From Psammoneis japonica (lineage: Eukaryota): 64,000 bases of DNA. Of this stretch, positions 37,001 through 48,609 are shown piece after piece (position 1 is the stretch's first letter; every line of letters begins with the position of its first letter). The DNA lies in assembly GCA_008632985.1 (NCBI GenBank), contig QPGO01000233.1:1-64000 (forward strand). Reading direction: 5' to 3'. The notes under the pieces were generated by a model, which worked only from the letters and a program-made list of their open reading frames with translations, did not search any database and was not told the DNA's origin. A program made the position numbers and the translations under genes.

Positions 37001-38910
37001 AATGCTTTTGGGGCTTTACCCTCATTTGTTGTGCCAACATGATCAGCAAACAAGATTGTTTTTAATGAACAATCTCTTGGCTGCTGGTGTGAAATCTACT
37101 TTCAATTCACAGCAGCCAAAAATCAAACTGTTGCAAACCCAGTGATTCCCACCCAAATTTCATCAGTGCATCATCCATGCAACAATGCCCCCCACTCATG
37201 GGAGGAGGCAGGAAACATCACAGGAAATCAAATCAACCCCCCCCCCCCCTCACATTTTGATGCAAAGAGCAGTTCACACAACAAATGAGCCCAGTGCAGT
37301 GGATGGTTGCACAAGTCAGGCATGTCTGTTGTTTCGCTGCATTGTTGTTCCTTTTCTGTTTGAGATTTGCTCTGTGTCATCTGGAAAGATTTGGAAAGAT
37401 TGTGGGTGTGGATGGCACCATTTGTGTTTTCAAAGGGGTGCTGTTGCCAATCAAACACCCTGCCAGTCTTGCATGTGTTGTGCCTCTGTGCTGGCTGACA
37501 CTGTGCTTCTCTGTTGCCAACCACAACTGCCCCACAGCTCTTCAGCATCTCTTGACATTCCTCATCTTAAGATGGGAGACTGCAAAAGCTCAGCTTGTGG
37601 ATTGACTTGGCAATGAAGCCAAGCACCTTGTTCACACTGAGGGAACTGTGTCAGAGTTTGTGACTGACAGAATGCACTCCAAAAATTGTCCACTGCTGTG
37701 AAAGCATCTCTTCAAGCACAAGTGTTGCATGGAAGAAAAGGCAACTTACAAGCACACCTGCCAAAGGTTTGAAAAAGGGCACCAACAAAGAAGGGAAGAT
37801 GATGCTTTTGCCAAGGGTGTTGACAGTGACAAAAGAATGGTCAAAAGTGCCAGCGGGGGTGCTGCTCCAGGCTGCTGCTGACAAGGATTTTTGTTGTCAA
37901 GTCAAGAACAAGATGTGGGTTGAGTTGGGGCCTCATGCAAGTCAAGGAACAAAAGGCTGTGATGTTCGTCAAGTTTCAGCCTGCTGGTGCCAAAGATGCA
38001 GCCCTGGAGGGTGCTTGCAAAGGCTCTGGCTGACAAGCTGACAGACAAGGCCATGGATCAAGTGTTTGATGACACTGGCAACAAAGCAAAGGCAGGGCAG
38101 GCTCTGATTCTCAGCCAAAACTGCCTGAGACAAAGACACAAAGAAGGGAGAGCAGCACCCCACTGTGTTGACATCCTCCAAACCAAAAAGACAGAGAGAG
38201 AAGTGTCTGCAGCATCGCTGCACTTGTGATTTGTAAACTCAGCCTGCTCACAAGCTGTGAGTGCTTGCGCGTTGATGGCACCATGCACACTTCTTGTGCA
38301 AGGCTCAACTGTGCAAATGCACACTTTTGGCCAACCCTCTCAGGGCTCAGCTGTGTTGCTGCTGTCACACATGGACAACGCCCCTTGTTTTCTGGCTCAT
38401 CACAAGCATCAGAATGACGAAAATCTCCCTGCACTGAGTGTGGCACTGCTGCTGCATCTGCTCAACATGTCTTGCAGCACCAAAGCAGAAACTGCACCAC
38501 CTCTCTGTTTTTTTTGTGGTTGCAATTGTGAGTTGTGTCCGGGATGTCGAAGAATGTTGAGCTTGCCTTGCACAAAAGAACAAGAGTGCAATTGTCTCAA
38601 ATCAGTCCAGTGGGGACCACTCTCTGGCTGCTCTGCCGGAGCCGCTGCCAGCTGCCAGCTAGAGAGAGAGAGCACCGGTGGAATGGAGAGGTTTTCAGTC
38701 GGATCGCTCTCGCTCACAGTTAAAGCATCGATCATGCTGACCTGCATTTCATTCATTCATCATCGTCGTCGGTCCTTCCCGTGCCGCCGTGTGCCGGCCA
38801 GGCGCGACGAAGTAAACAGGCGATGCGACGACGCGAAACAAACGCACCTTATTGCGCCGCACACATTGACACAAAGACGACGGCGGCAATGCTCAACGCC
38901 GCTGCTGTGC
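31001..38910. other. TpA/CpG-depleted hypermutated block D
   Basis: By manual reading there is no TpA between 31001 and 33163 and only a few dozen elsewhere. TG/CA-rich throughout. Confidence 0.9.
33900..37150 (-). mobile_element. Possible degenerate non-LTR retrotransposon ORF2 relic
   Basis: Scattered minus-strand peptides (TSRSSPPRH, SNGAHSVII, GYLG, LTKCGGHR) occur in the order expected for a diatom LINE RT region. The resemblance is weak. Confidence 0.25.
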
Positions 38911-39042
38911 TACTTCACACAACCTCTATTGTCTATTGTAGCTACAGAACTTTGTACGCATAGCAGGCATCAGTGGAGTGATAGAACCGCTGTTGTTGTA
39001 GACAAAAACTCGTCGGAGTTCTTTTGAAGTGAATAAATCATC

Positions 39043-40980
39043 ATGTCGCAAAACACCGATGATCTTTTCGCCAGGTACGTCAGATTATACCTCCGTTTTT
39101 CTCAGCAGGATCTGGAACTTCCGACTGGCTCTCCTTTAGTGCATTAAAATATGTGACGACTCTAACGTATCCGTCCGTTCCGTATTTTTCAGCTTGGGCG
39201 GTTCGGTCATGAAGGACTTGTGGGATGACCTGCAAGTGGGCGAAGACGATCTGAAGACCGATCGATGGTCGTTGGAGCAGCTAGAGCGAGAGCTTGCTCA
39301 CTTGGAAGAACCGCCGCCACCGCCACCTCCTGGTCTATCGGCTGCGTCTTTGGTTGTCTCCCATGCTCAAGAAAAACAACATCAGCGTCCGGAAACTACT
39401 ATACCGACGACTACGACATCCGCCGCGGATGCCTGGAGTGAATCGCTTCAGAAATTTACAGCACTCTCTCTAGAAAAGGACTTCTTAGCAGCTGATTCGG
39501 CGCGAAAGCAGCAGACGGCACCGCCACCGGGTCTCGAAATTTAAAACTATTCGAGGATGCTACTGATTATGATGTTTCTGAGAAAGTGGAATTGGGTACT
39601 CCTCCTCCGGGAATGGGTGCTCCGCCTGGACTAGCGGCGGTAGCTCGATCTCAAGTATCAAAACAGCAGCAAGCCGCGAAGACTCCACCCATACCTGCGC
39701 CTGTAGAGCAGAAGCCGATGCCGATGCCCTTTCCCCCGCAACAGCCATCTACTCCGCAACAACAACCTCCGATGCAGCCTCCTCAGCAACAACAGCCTCC
39801 GCCGCCGCAGCCACAACAACAGCCAACTGCAGTTCTGAGACGGCCTCAACCGCCTCAGATGCAGCAACCCGTGGTTATTCAGCAGCCTCCACCGATGCAA
39901 CAGCAGCCTCCACTTACTGTGCAGCAACCTTCTGCGGGTGGAATGGCGTGGCGATCGCCTCCTCCGAAGCAAATGCAGGCACCGCCTACTCCAGCTCGTG
40001 TGTACTGCCAGCCTCATCCATCGGCGCCGCCCATTCCAGCTACCTTGCTAGAATCGTCCTACATGAAGGCTCGCGATATTTCTTATGTCTTGCATAGCAT
40101 GTTGAAGCCCGTCTTGCTCATGCCAGCGTCATCGAATTATCATTTGGAACTGCTTTCGCGACACTACATGCAGCAACAAAATGTCAAGGAGCCCGGGGCA
40201 CCGATCAAGGGACTCAGGAGTGATACCGCCGTATCGCTCAAAAGTAAAGAATGGATGGAGAAACATTCGACATTGGGCCACTTGTCCAAGGCGGACGTGA
40301 CGAGGCCACGGGCTCTGATTGCGACAACGACATTGTCCAAGGAACAGCTAGAGCAACAAGACGATGGTACCAGGAAGCAACGTGCCTCATTATGGAAGTC
40401 TCGTCTATACATTGATCAAGCCTATCAAGCTTACAATAATCTTGTTCGCGTATGGAAGGCTTCTGCCGCGGGCAAGGTGCCACCCCAAGAGATTCAACAG
40501 CATCTGTTGCGATTGTACAAGTTTCTGGGCATTTCTATTGCTACGACTGAAGGCGGTGCCACAGCTGTCGACCCAGCGGTATTGGGAATCATTTTGAAGT
40601 TATCAAAAGGCAAAGTGTTGGTGGCTCGCATTGTAGAGCAAGCGCTCCTGCCACCCCACGTCGTACAAGCATTGATGCCTGCAGTTTTTGAAATTCTCCT
40701 GCCTTCGGCTACAAACAAAGACGATCCCTCTCCCGAGAATCGCTTGTTTGGAGCCTGCGCTCGTGTCTTGACGACACTTCCCTCCTTGACAAAAGACAAT
40801 GTGGCTTTGTGTTTGCAGGAATTCTTGAATCATTCCGAGCACGCCTTGGATACTACCTTTCGTATGGAGTGCATCCATGCGTTGCTGCAGCGGGGTGGTT
40901 CAATGGCAGCGGCTGATCCGGCCTTTGCTTCGCAGACGTGGACTGCCATGGAGGAGCAATTTCTTAAAATGCTATCGTAG
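39043..40980 (+). CDS. PAT1: PAT1-like mRNA decapping activator
   Basis: Exon 39043-39074, intron 39075-39192, then a Pro/Gln-rich region, YMKARDISYVL, LGHLSKADVTRPRALI and LSKGKVLVAR. One 1-nt frameshift at about 39538 (A run). Confidence 0.72.
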
Positions 40981-42056
40981 GCGTCTAGGGCTGTGCCTGA
41001 GGAGGTTGTGGGGAAAGACTTTGTGTACTAGATCTGATTATTACTAGCACGATCCTCTTGTTCACTAGCACCATCCATCCCATAGTCTAGCTTCGTCTTT
41101 CTGGACACTGTCTTCCAATTTCATTACAAAGGAAAAGACTGGCGCTGCTGACAAAATAAAGACAGCGGAACTGTGAAGCCCCCTCATCATCTTCCCGGGA
41201 TGTCGTGGGTAGAGTTCAGTTGTTTTTGTTTGTAGCATTGCAAACACAAAATGTCAATTTGTTTGTGGGGTTTGGCTTCTTGGGCGTAAGTTCGGCCGCA
41301 GTCATGCTGTGGTCAACAGTAGACAGAATGTATTCAAAGAGAGCCTGGTTCGATGGCTGGCGCATGAGACCAATGCCCACAAGAATAAACAGCAATTCTT
41401 TACATTTCGTCATCCTCTTCTTAACCCACGACACTATATGGAAGAGGCAATGCAATTCAATCACGTCTGTTTTTCAATACCGACAACGTCAACCTCTTTT
41501 TTCTTCGCCTTCAATGAAACAATCTCGCGTAATATGGCTCTTGCGACACGACTGAAGTCACCCTACCTACTATGGTATGGTACCTACGGTAATCGATCGT
41601 TGATGACGTCATCGCACGACTCAAGGTGCGGTGAGAAAAGAGTGCATCCAGCATGTAACGCGTAACGCAAATAAGTTTCAGAATAGGAGTTCTTCGCGAT
41701 GGACTCTCAGTTCGACAACATAAGCTCAAGGATATACATGTCAGGGTAGTGATAGGTGCTACCACTCCATTGTGTCAGCGTACCTTTTAGGGTACATGTT
41801 TTTACCAGCAGCAGAAGAAAAGCGAGGAGTACAGGAGCCCGGCGACCGATGGACGCCCAACGGACACTAACGTGCGTTAGATGCGTTACGTACCGTACAA
41901 TAGAGGGCCCCTATCATACAGCATGTCTGTGCGCTCAAAATATGATGTGTTTTTTGTGTTGCGTTTTACCGTAGAGACAAACTTGCACCGGTAACGTATT
42001 GTAGAGGAGTGACACCAGACGTCAAATTCAGGGCCCTACCGAGTGTGTTGTTCACA

Positions 42057-43795
42057 ATGGCACAACAACAACAGCTCAAAAGCCAAAGCACTAATAAAAT
42101 GGATATGGCTGCACCTTGTCGAAGGGTACTTTTACTTGCCGCCATGGTTATCCAGAGCTCAAGCACAGTACTTATCGGTCGATATACGCGATCCAGCTCT
42201 CCACAAGAAGAGTTGTATGAGATTAGCATTTGATTCTTTTGTGTGAAGTTGCAAAGGTGATTGTGAATGGAGTGCTCGAAGTGGTGACATCCGGAGGACG
42301 CTTCTTTGAGAGATTGAAGAAAGGCACATGGCAACAACCCATGGATACCATGAAGCTTTCGATCCCAGCGCTTTTTTACTTTATCCAGAATTCTCTTTTT
42401 TACGTTGCCGTCGGAAATTTGAGTGCTCCGGTATTTCAAGTTACATACCAGAGCAAACTCGTTGCTACGGCTGTTGTGAGTGTTGTCATGTTACAACGAA
42501 GATACACGGTTCGACAGTGGGCGTGTCTTGTTGCATTATCTCTGGGAGTGGCAATTGTTGTTTTGGGTGAAGCGAGAGAAGGCAGTGACTACAAACGTGA
42601 ATTAAATCAGAATCTGTTTTCGGGGCTCGGCGCTGTCTCGGTTTCGTGCCTGTGTAGTGCCTATGCTGGGGTGTACTTTGAAAAGATTGTTAAGCACAAC
42701 AATGGGGTACCGGTGTCATTGTTTATGCGTAACATGCAGCTTGCGTTCTTTTCCGTACTCTTTGCTTCGCTACAACAAATATTCAATGTCAAAACTACGG
42801 AGAAACCCTTCTTGCATGGCTTTTCGACAATGGCGTGGGTGTTGGTCCTTCTGCAGGCGGTCGGCGGTTTGCTTGTGTCTGCCGTGGTCAAATATGCTGA
42901 CAATATCATCAAGGGACTCGCGACGGGTGTGTCGGTTTTGCTTGCAACGCTCCTGAGCAGTCTTATCTTCGGCACACCATTGACTGGTCATTTTGCTCTT
43001 GGAGCCTTGCTCGTTCTCAACAGTATCTATTTCTTCTGCAACCCGTGCCCGAACATGAAACGCATCCAAGGTATTTGTATGATCTATTTCTTTATTTTTG
43101 CTGTGAAACAGCAGCTGAAGACCTTGCAAGATGCCCTTGCATACTCGCCTTTAATGTCTACGGCTCAAACGTCCTGCGCCGTCATTTATAGCTCTGGAAC
43201 ATTGTTAAAATACAAAGATGGCCCGCTCATTGACACGTTTGATGAGGTGATTCGAATCAACATGGCAGACACGATTGGCTTTGAAGACTACGTCGGCAGC
43301 AAGACGACGATCCGAGTGTGTCATTTGGGCCATAGATTTAGTCCAGCCGCATGGTTTGCCAATCGAAACGAATCCAATGTCAAGGGTCTCACTTTGAATT
43401 TGACCTTTGAACAAAACAAAGGGAAACACCGAGAATGGGAACGTTTAAAGCAGAGTACAGTTTCGGATTGGACCATGGCTCCGAGATTGCTTGAAGACGA
43501 CTGTAATCGTCTTGTCGGGTACGATAGCCCAATGCGTTGCAGCTCTGGCCTCATTATTGTACTCTGGGCTGTTGAGAACTGTGATAGTGTTACGGTGTTT
43601 GGGGCAGTGACGGATCGTTGTTATCCATATCATTATTATGATGCAATCGCACCCAACTGCTCAAGACCACTGCAATTTAAGAAAAAATTCCATGACTTTG
43701 ATCGAGAACACGCCGTTCTTGAGCAGTTGCATTGGAATGGCAATGTGACGATTAACAGGCTGACAGTGGCTGGCAAGAATGCTGCTCCCTTGTAG
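42057..43795 (+). CDS. SLC35A-like nucleotide-sugar transporter fused to a GT29 sialyltransferase-like domain
   Basis: Transporter motifs LCEVAK, IPALFYFIQN, FQVTYQSKL, AGVYFEK and VVKYADNIIKG. A short TM segment follows, then sialylmotifs L (CAVIYSSG..IDTFDEVIRIN..GFEDYVGSKTT), S (SSGLIIV..CDSVTVFG), III (HYYD) and VS (HDFDRE). 1-nt frameshift at about 42227. Confidence 0.88.
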
Positions 43796-44039
43796 GAGGA
43801 AGTGGCCTCTTTGCGTCCGTCCCGCAGCTCTCCAATTGCCGCAGTACAAAATTTTTATTAAGTGAAGCCTAATCTGAGATGTTTGCTGCCGCATGAAGTC
43901 TTTCCATTTCTCTACGTAGTCTCGAGTAAAATGAAACTGAATGACTGAAATATAGTGTGTGTAAATGGAATTATGGTGCTTCAAGGAGCTCTTTGATCAA
44001 AGCCAAGAATCTGTTGTCAACGGAGGGAGCTGGAGTAGC

Positions 44040-46600
44040 GACAGGACGCAGGATGTTGAGAAGATGATGTTTGATGATGCAGCTCAGATGTCCAGATGGG
44101 CCATTCTCAAAGGAAGTCTAAGATTTTGTGGCTCAGTCTTCTGAACAATGTTGTCAGTCTCACTGGCCTGTGAAAACTTGCATCAAGCCATGGGCTCACA
44201 ATGTTGGGTGAATGCTCTGATCACAGCATCCTTTTCCACATGGCCATTGTTGCCAGCATGAGTGCTGGCACAGACCCTCTTCCTCCTGCCTTGCTTGTTG
44301 ATGTGGCAAAGAAGAAGCACCACAACATGTTGCAGAGGGGCACATTGTCAGCCATGACTGAGACCATCACAATGACCTGTCAAGACTCCCCGTGCAGTTT
44401 TGTGGATGTGATCACTCCTTTGGATGTCAAAAAAAGCTCTGAATCACATGGTGGGCCAGCAATGCTGCTCCTGCTGGCCCTGTGCCCTTTGACAAAGCTC
44501 ACATCAATTTTTGAGCACCTTGTTGCATTTCTGTTGAGAACACCAAGTCACCCAACACCCAGCCCTAACAACTCTTGTGCAACACTGTGTCTGCCATTGC
44601 ACCGGCAGAGGAGAACAATGTCAAGATGGTTTTGCAACTTTGAGAGCCCATTTTTGTGAAACCTCTTGCAGAGGTCATTGGCAAGAATTTGTGGGAAACA
44701 CAACTGAGCAGCCAGATTGAGGCTGCATCATGGGCTTTTGGAAATCACAACCCTCACCAACTTGTGGATGCCAGGTGGGAGAACATGCAACCAGGGCATC
44801 AGCAAGTCTTGACCAGCATCACAGGGGCACACTGCACGTGCCTGTTTCAAGAAGGAATGTGCAGGACAATGCAAATCACATGGGCCATCATTGTGGTTTG
44901 AGTCTCTGGAGAACACAGCACACAGCACAGGGGTGCTTGGAACCACAGAATGAGCCTGCACTTGGAGAGTGCTGAGAACAATTAGATTTGCTGCAGAGTG
45001 TGCTGCACACCAGGCAGCTCTGACCATTTGATTGGAAGAAAAGAGAATGGTGCCAACAAAGCTGGTTGGTGATCACAAAGATGAGCAACATGGAGGGCTT
45101 TGGAATGTCAATTCTCTTGTGCAGGAGGTGCATGAATGCCTTGGGAGCACATGGCTCAAGGAATCATTTGCAGATCCAAAAGCAAGGGAGTTTGTTGCAA
45201 AGAGGAGGGATGCTGCTTGTGCTGTCAATGTGGACAGTCGCAAACATTGACACTGGCCTGGCAAATTGTTTGGGTCACATGATGCAATTTCTGTCATGGC
45301 ACTCAGCACTCAAAGGACTGTTTGACACTGTGGTCAAATAACCACATGCATCTCTCCCTGTTGACCAGCCCTGCCCTGCTTTGCACCACAACATGTGATC
45401 TGCCACAATGGCCAACACATCACAGAGGAAGCAAACAGCTAAGATGAGCATGTTTTTTCTTGCTGTGGACAGAAGGCATCAAGACATGCCATGTGCCAGC
45501 CTGAGAAATCTGGGTTGAAAATTTAAAGTGAGTCTCATTTTGGCTGTGCTTCCCTGAAAAGGATGTTGGGGCAATCCTCACAGAAAGCCACAAAGCAAAA
45601 TCTCTGGAGCAAGCTTTGAGGCTGTGGTCAATCACAGCGGAGCTGAGCCACACACTGGGCCAGATTGCTGTCAATCTGGATGACTCCAATGCCCAAATGA
45701 AGCAGCACAAAGGCACTTGAAAGCAGGGCATGTTCAGCAAATCATGCTCTCTCAAAGAAGCAAGAGCACAAAAAGATGCGCACCTCTTTCCTCATTTGTT
45801 CGTGTCATGCCCAGAAGCTTTGGCTGCTCGTCGCCATTTCTCAAAACAAAAGCTGGGGCCAGCAGCAGCCAAGCATGTAGCACAATGTGTCCTGCACTGC
45901 CAGAGACAATGATGTTGGTGATCCAAAGACAAGGAAACTGCTGCAGCAGAGGAGAAAAGCTCTCTCATTTTCTTTTGCACCCAAGACACTCTGCCAGACA
46001 GCATGGCTGCACTGCATTTTTGTCTTGAGCCATTGTTGTTGTGGCCATTGCCAGCCTCCTCTTGAATTTTCATGCAAGAGCTTTCATCCTTTGACTCACA
46101 AAAGCAAAGGAGGTCTCCACCAGATCTGTTTTGTTGCCCTGCCACTCAAGCTGAGACGACAAAAACACACTCGTCTCGCTTGCTGTTTTTTCATGGGCCA
46201 ACGCGCAGATTGGAGTTTGGCTTCTTTTTTCTGTGCTGTTTGGTGTTGGAAGTGCAAAAGGCAACAATGTGGCTGGAGCAGGCCAGGGCTTTGTCAACTG
46301 CAGGGCTCTTGTGGCGCTGCACAAACTGGCACATGGCCGAGAGACAGAAGACATGAGAAGCATGTGCAAGAAAAGACCCAAGCTCCAAAAGGACCCCCCC
46401 CAGTGGATTTGGGAGCGGCCACTCACGCTCAAAACAGCTTAGAAAGTGACTGCAATCTACTGCAGATGCGATTTCAATGTTCTAATTTCAACTCTGAAAC
46501 TCAGCTCCATGGTGCTGCACATTTTTTATTGACTGCCGAGAAACGTGAAGTGTCAAATGACGCAGTGCAGCAGCAATGTCCACCCTAAGAAATGAGTTTT
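44040..46600. other. TpA/CpG-depleted hypermutated block E
   Basis: Same dinucleotide signature, flanked by normal-composition genes. Confidence 0.85.
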
Positions 46601-46784
46601 CCGTTGAATTCAAAATAGCTACATTCATGTTTATTATATAAAGTTACGTTTTTATGGTGCAACCTCCTCACATTTTGCGATGACCGAAAGCCATGAACGA
46701 ATGAAGCCTGGGTGCCGTAGAAGGTCATTACACTTACTACTCTGTCACTACTCGTAATTGTATTGGAAACCTGCTGTTGCTAAA

Positions 46785-48320
46785 ATGATGCTATGGAAGC
46801 ACCGGCTTCTCCTAATGTCAATCTACGTCGTCGCTCTCAGCCGCCCCAACGCCACGGACGCTTGCTCCATTTGTGGTGACGAGAGTTCTCTCCCTTATCC
46901 CGATCGAAACGTGTATGGCGGTGATGGCACAGTATCCACCTGTTCCGAGCTAGAACTCGCTGCTGACAATGATGCCGCACTCTGTTCGGACCTTTCAAAC
47001 TTGTCGTACTATTGCGGTTGTGCAAACGCGGTACTAGATTGTACTCTCTGTCCAACAGCCACAGAAGTCTCCGCTGAATTTGAAGATTTGGAGCTGAAGG
47101 CATACAAGCCTGACTGGTTTCCCTCCGATATTCCGTTCACGTGTGCTGATGCTCAGCGACTGATATCGCTAGTTGGAAACACAGATGAGTGTTCAGCGGC
47201 ACAAAAAGAAATGGAAGATGTTGCTCTGCTCTGCGGATGCTTCATTCCCGAAGACTACCATTGTACTTCAATTTGCCCGGATGGATCGTTAGTGGATACT
47301 GAGTACAGAAATGTTCATGCTCTTGAAGATCAGCCAATCTACGAAGGGGCCTATGAACAGCCGGCCTTCTTTATCCACGCAACGTGTGCAGAGTATGAGT
47401 TGTGGGCAGCCCAAGGCACACTGCTTCCTTGGGAATGCGATGCGGCACATTACGTTGGAACAAAGCTATGCGGCTGTAAAGAAGAAACCAACAGGTCGCC
47501 TTGCGACCTTTGCCAAGATGGAAGTTCCCCGGTAGACCTGTCAAAGCATATTTCCTACCAGAAGGCATGTTTAGACTATGCTAGCATTGCATACGGCGTC
47601 GACTCGTCTTCTCCAGTTTGTGGTACATACCAAGGTACATCGGGAATATATTGTGGTTGTAACAACACCCCTTCAGAGTGCAGAATTTGTGATGAAGCTT
47701 TTGGCGATGTAGTGCCAGATCCAAACCATACAATTAGCACCGATGAAGGTTCGATTCACGATTGCGGAGAGCTTGAATTATTTGGGAACTACGACGAGAA
47801 CCCGTTTAACTATTCATGCTCCGACGTGATTGCAATCGGTGGCTCGATCTGCTGCAGCTTATCGCCTGCGCCGACATCATCGTTGGGCGCCGCTTTGGCT
47901 GTCGATACTCCTGCACCGTCACTTCGACCTAGTCTCAGTCCATCTCAAACTCCAACGGCCATCCCGTCGGCCATCCCGACAGGCATCCAATCGGAGTCAC
48001 CTACCCAAGAACCGACCTCTTCGCCAATTTCACCAAATACGCCACAGCCAACGGTTGAACTGCTAGCAATTGTTGCTCCACCTTTGTCAGCCCCACCAGA
48101 GACGCCGCAGCCAACGTTCGAAATGTTAGCAATCTTTGCTCCACCGCAGCCTATCCACCCCCCAAGAATCAACCCGAACTGGAAACCATGGTTTGCAAAG
48201 TGGGCTCCTTCACCATTGTCCGTCCCTTCAGAAACGCCGCAGCCACCTCAGCCTGTTCACCACCCCCCAAGAATCAACGAGAACTGGAAACCGTGGTACT
48301 CAACGTGGGCGAACCCATGA
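46785..48320 (+). CDS. Secreted Cys-rich repeat protein with a Pro/Ser/Thr tail
   Basis: Signal peptide, five CxxC..TC..C..CGC-type modules and PTxxPS repeats. Paralogous to 61357-63282. Confidence 0.85.
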   Translation: MMLWKHRLLLMSIYVVALSRPNATDACSICGDESSLPYPDRNVYGGDGTVSTCSELELAADNDAALCSDLSNLSYYCGCANAVLDCTLCPTATEVSAEFEDLELKAYKPDWFPSDIPFTCADAQRLISLVGNTDECSAAQKEMEDVALLCGCFIPEDYHCTSICPDGSLVDTEYRNVHALEDQPIYEGAYEQPAFFIHATCAEYELWAAQGTLLPWECDAAHYVGTKLCGCKEETNRSPCDLCQDGSSPVDLSKHISYQKACLDYASIAYGVDSSSPVCGTYQGTSGIYCGCNNTPSECRICDEAFGDVVPDPNHTISTDEGSIHDCGELELFGNYDENPFNYSCSDVIAIGGSICCSLSPAPTSSLGAALAVDTPAPSLRPSLSPSQTPTAIPSAIPTGIQSESPTQEPTSSPISPNTPQPTVELLAIVAPPLSAPPETPQPTFEMLAIFAPPQPIHPPRINPNWKPWFAKWAPSPLSVPSETPQPPQPVHHPPRINENWKPWYSTWANP

Positions 48321-48609
48321 TCACCAACAGAAATTCGCAATAAAGTAACCGTAGTGCTCTCAATACCATAACAGCGTAAAGCAGTTTTTAATGCAGAGAG
48401 AGTCGGTCGTGCTCTCTTATAAAATATACAAAGCTCACGGTGGCGAGTCGTCGCATGGTTTACAAGTAAGGTCGGGACACCAGACAGGGTTGCATTTTTT
48501 GGTGAGTTTTCAGATTTAAGTAGAAGTTCAAGCATTTTTTGGAAGCAACGAACAGTGTGATATACAAATAACAAGTGCTCTGTCGTTTCTCGGCATCGCT
48601 ACCAAATAT

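Noticed and set aside
26890..38910. Many overlapping Cys/His-rich ORFs suggesting metal-binding proteins or an alternative genetic code
   Set aside because: They are a by-product of TA loss, which removes TAA/TAG stops and Tyr codons in all six frames. Flanking genes use the standard code.
31001..38910. Classical fungal RIP as the cause of the blocks
   Set aside because: RIP increases TpA and AT content, whereas TpA is depleted here.
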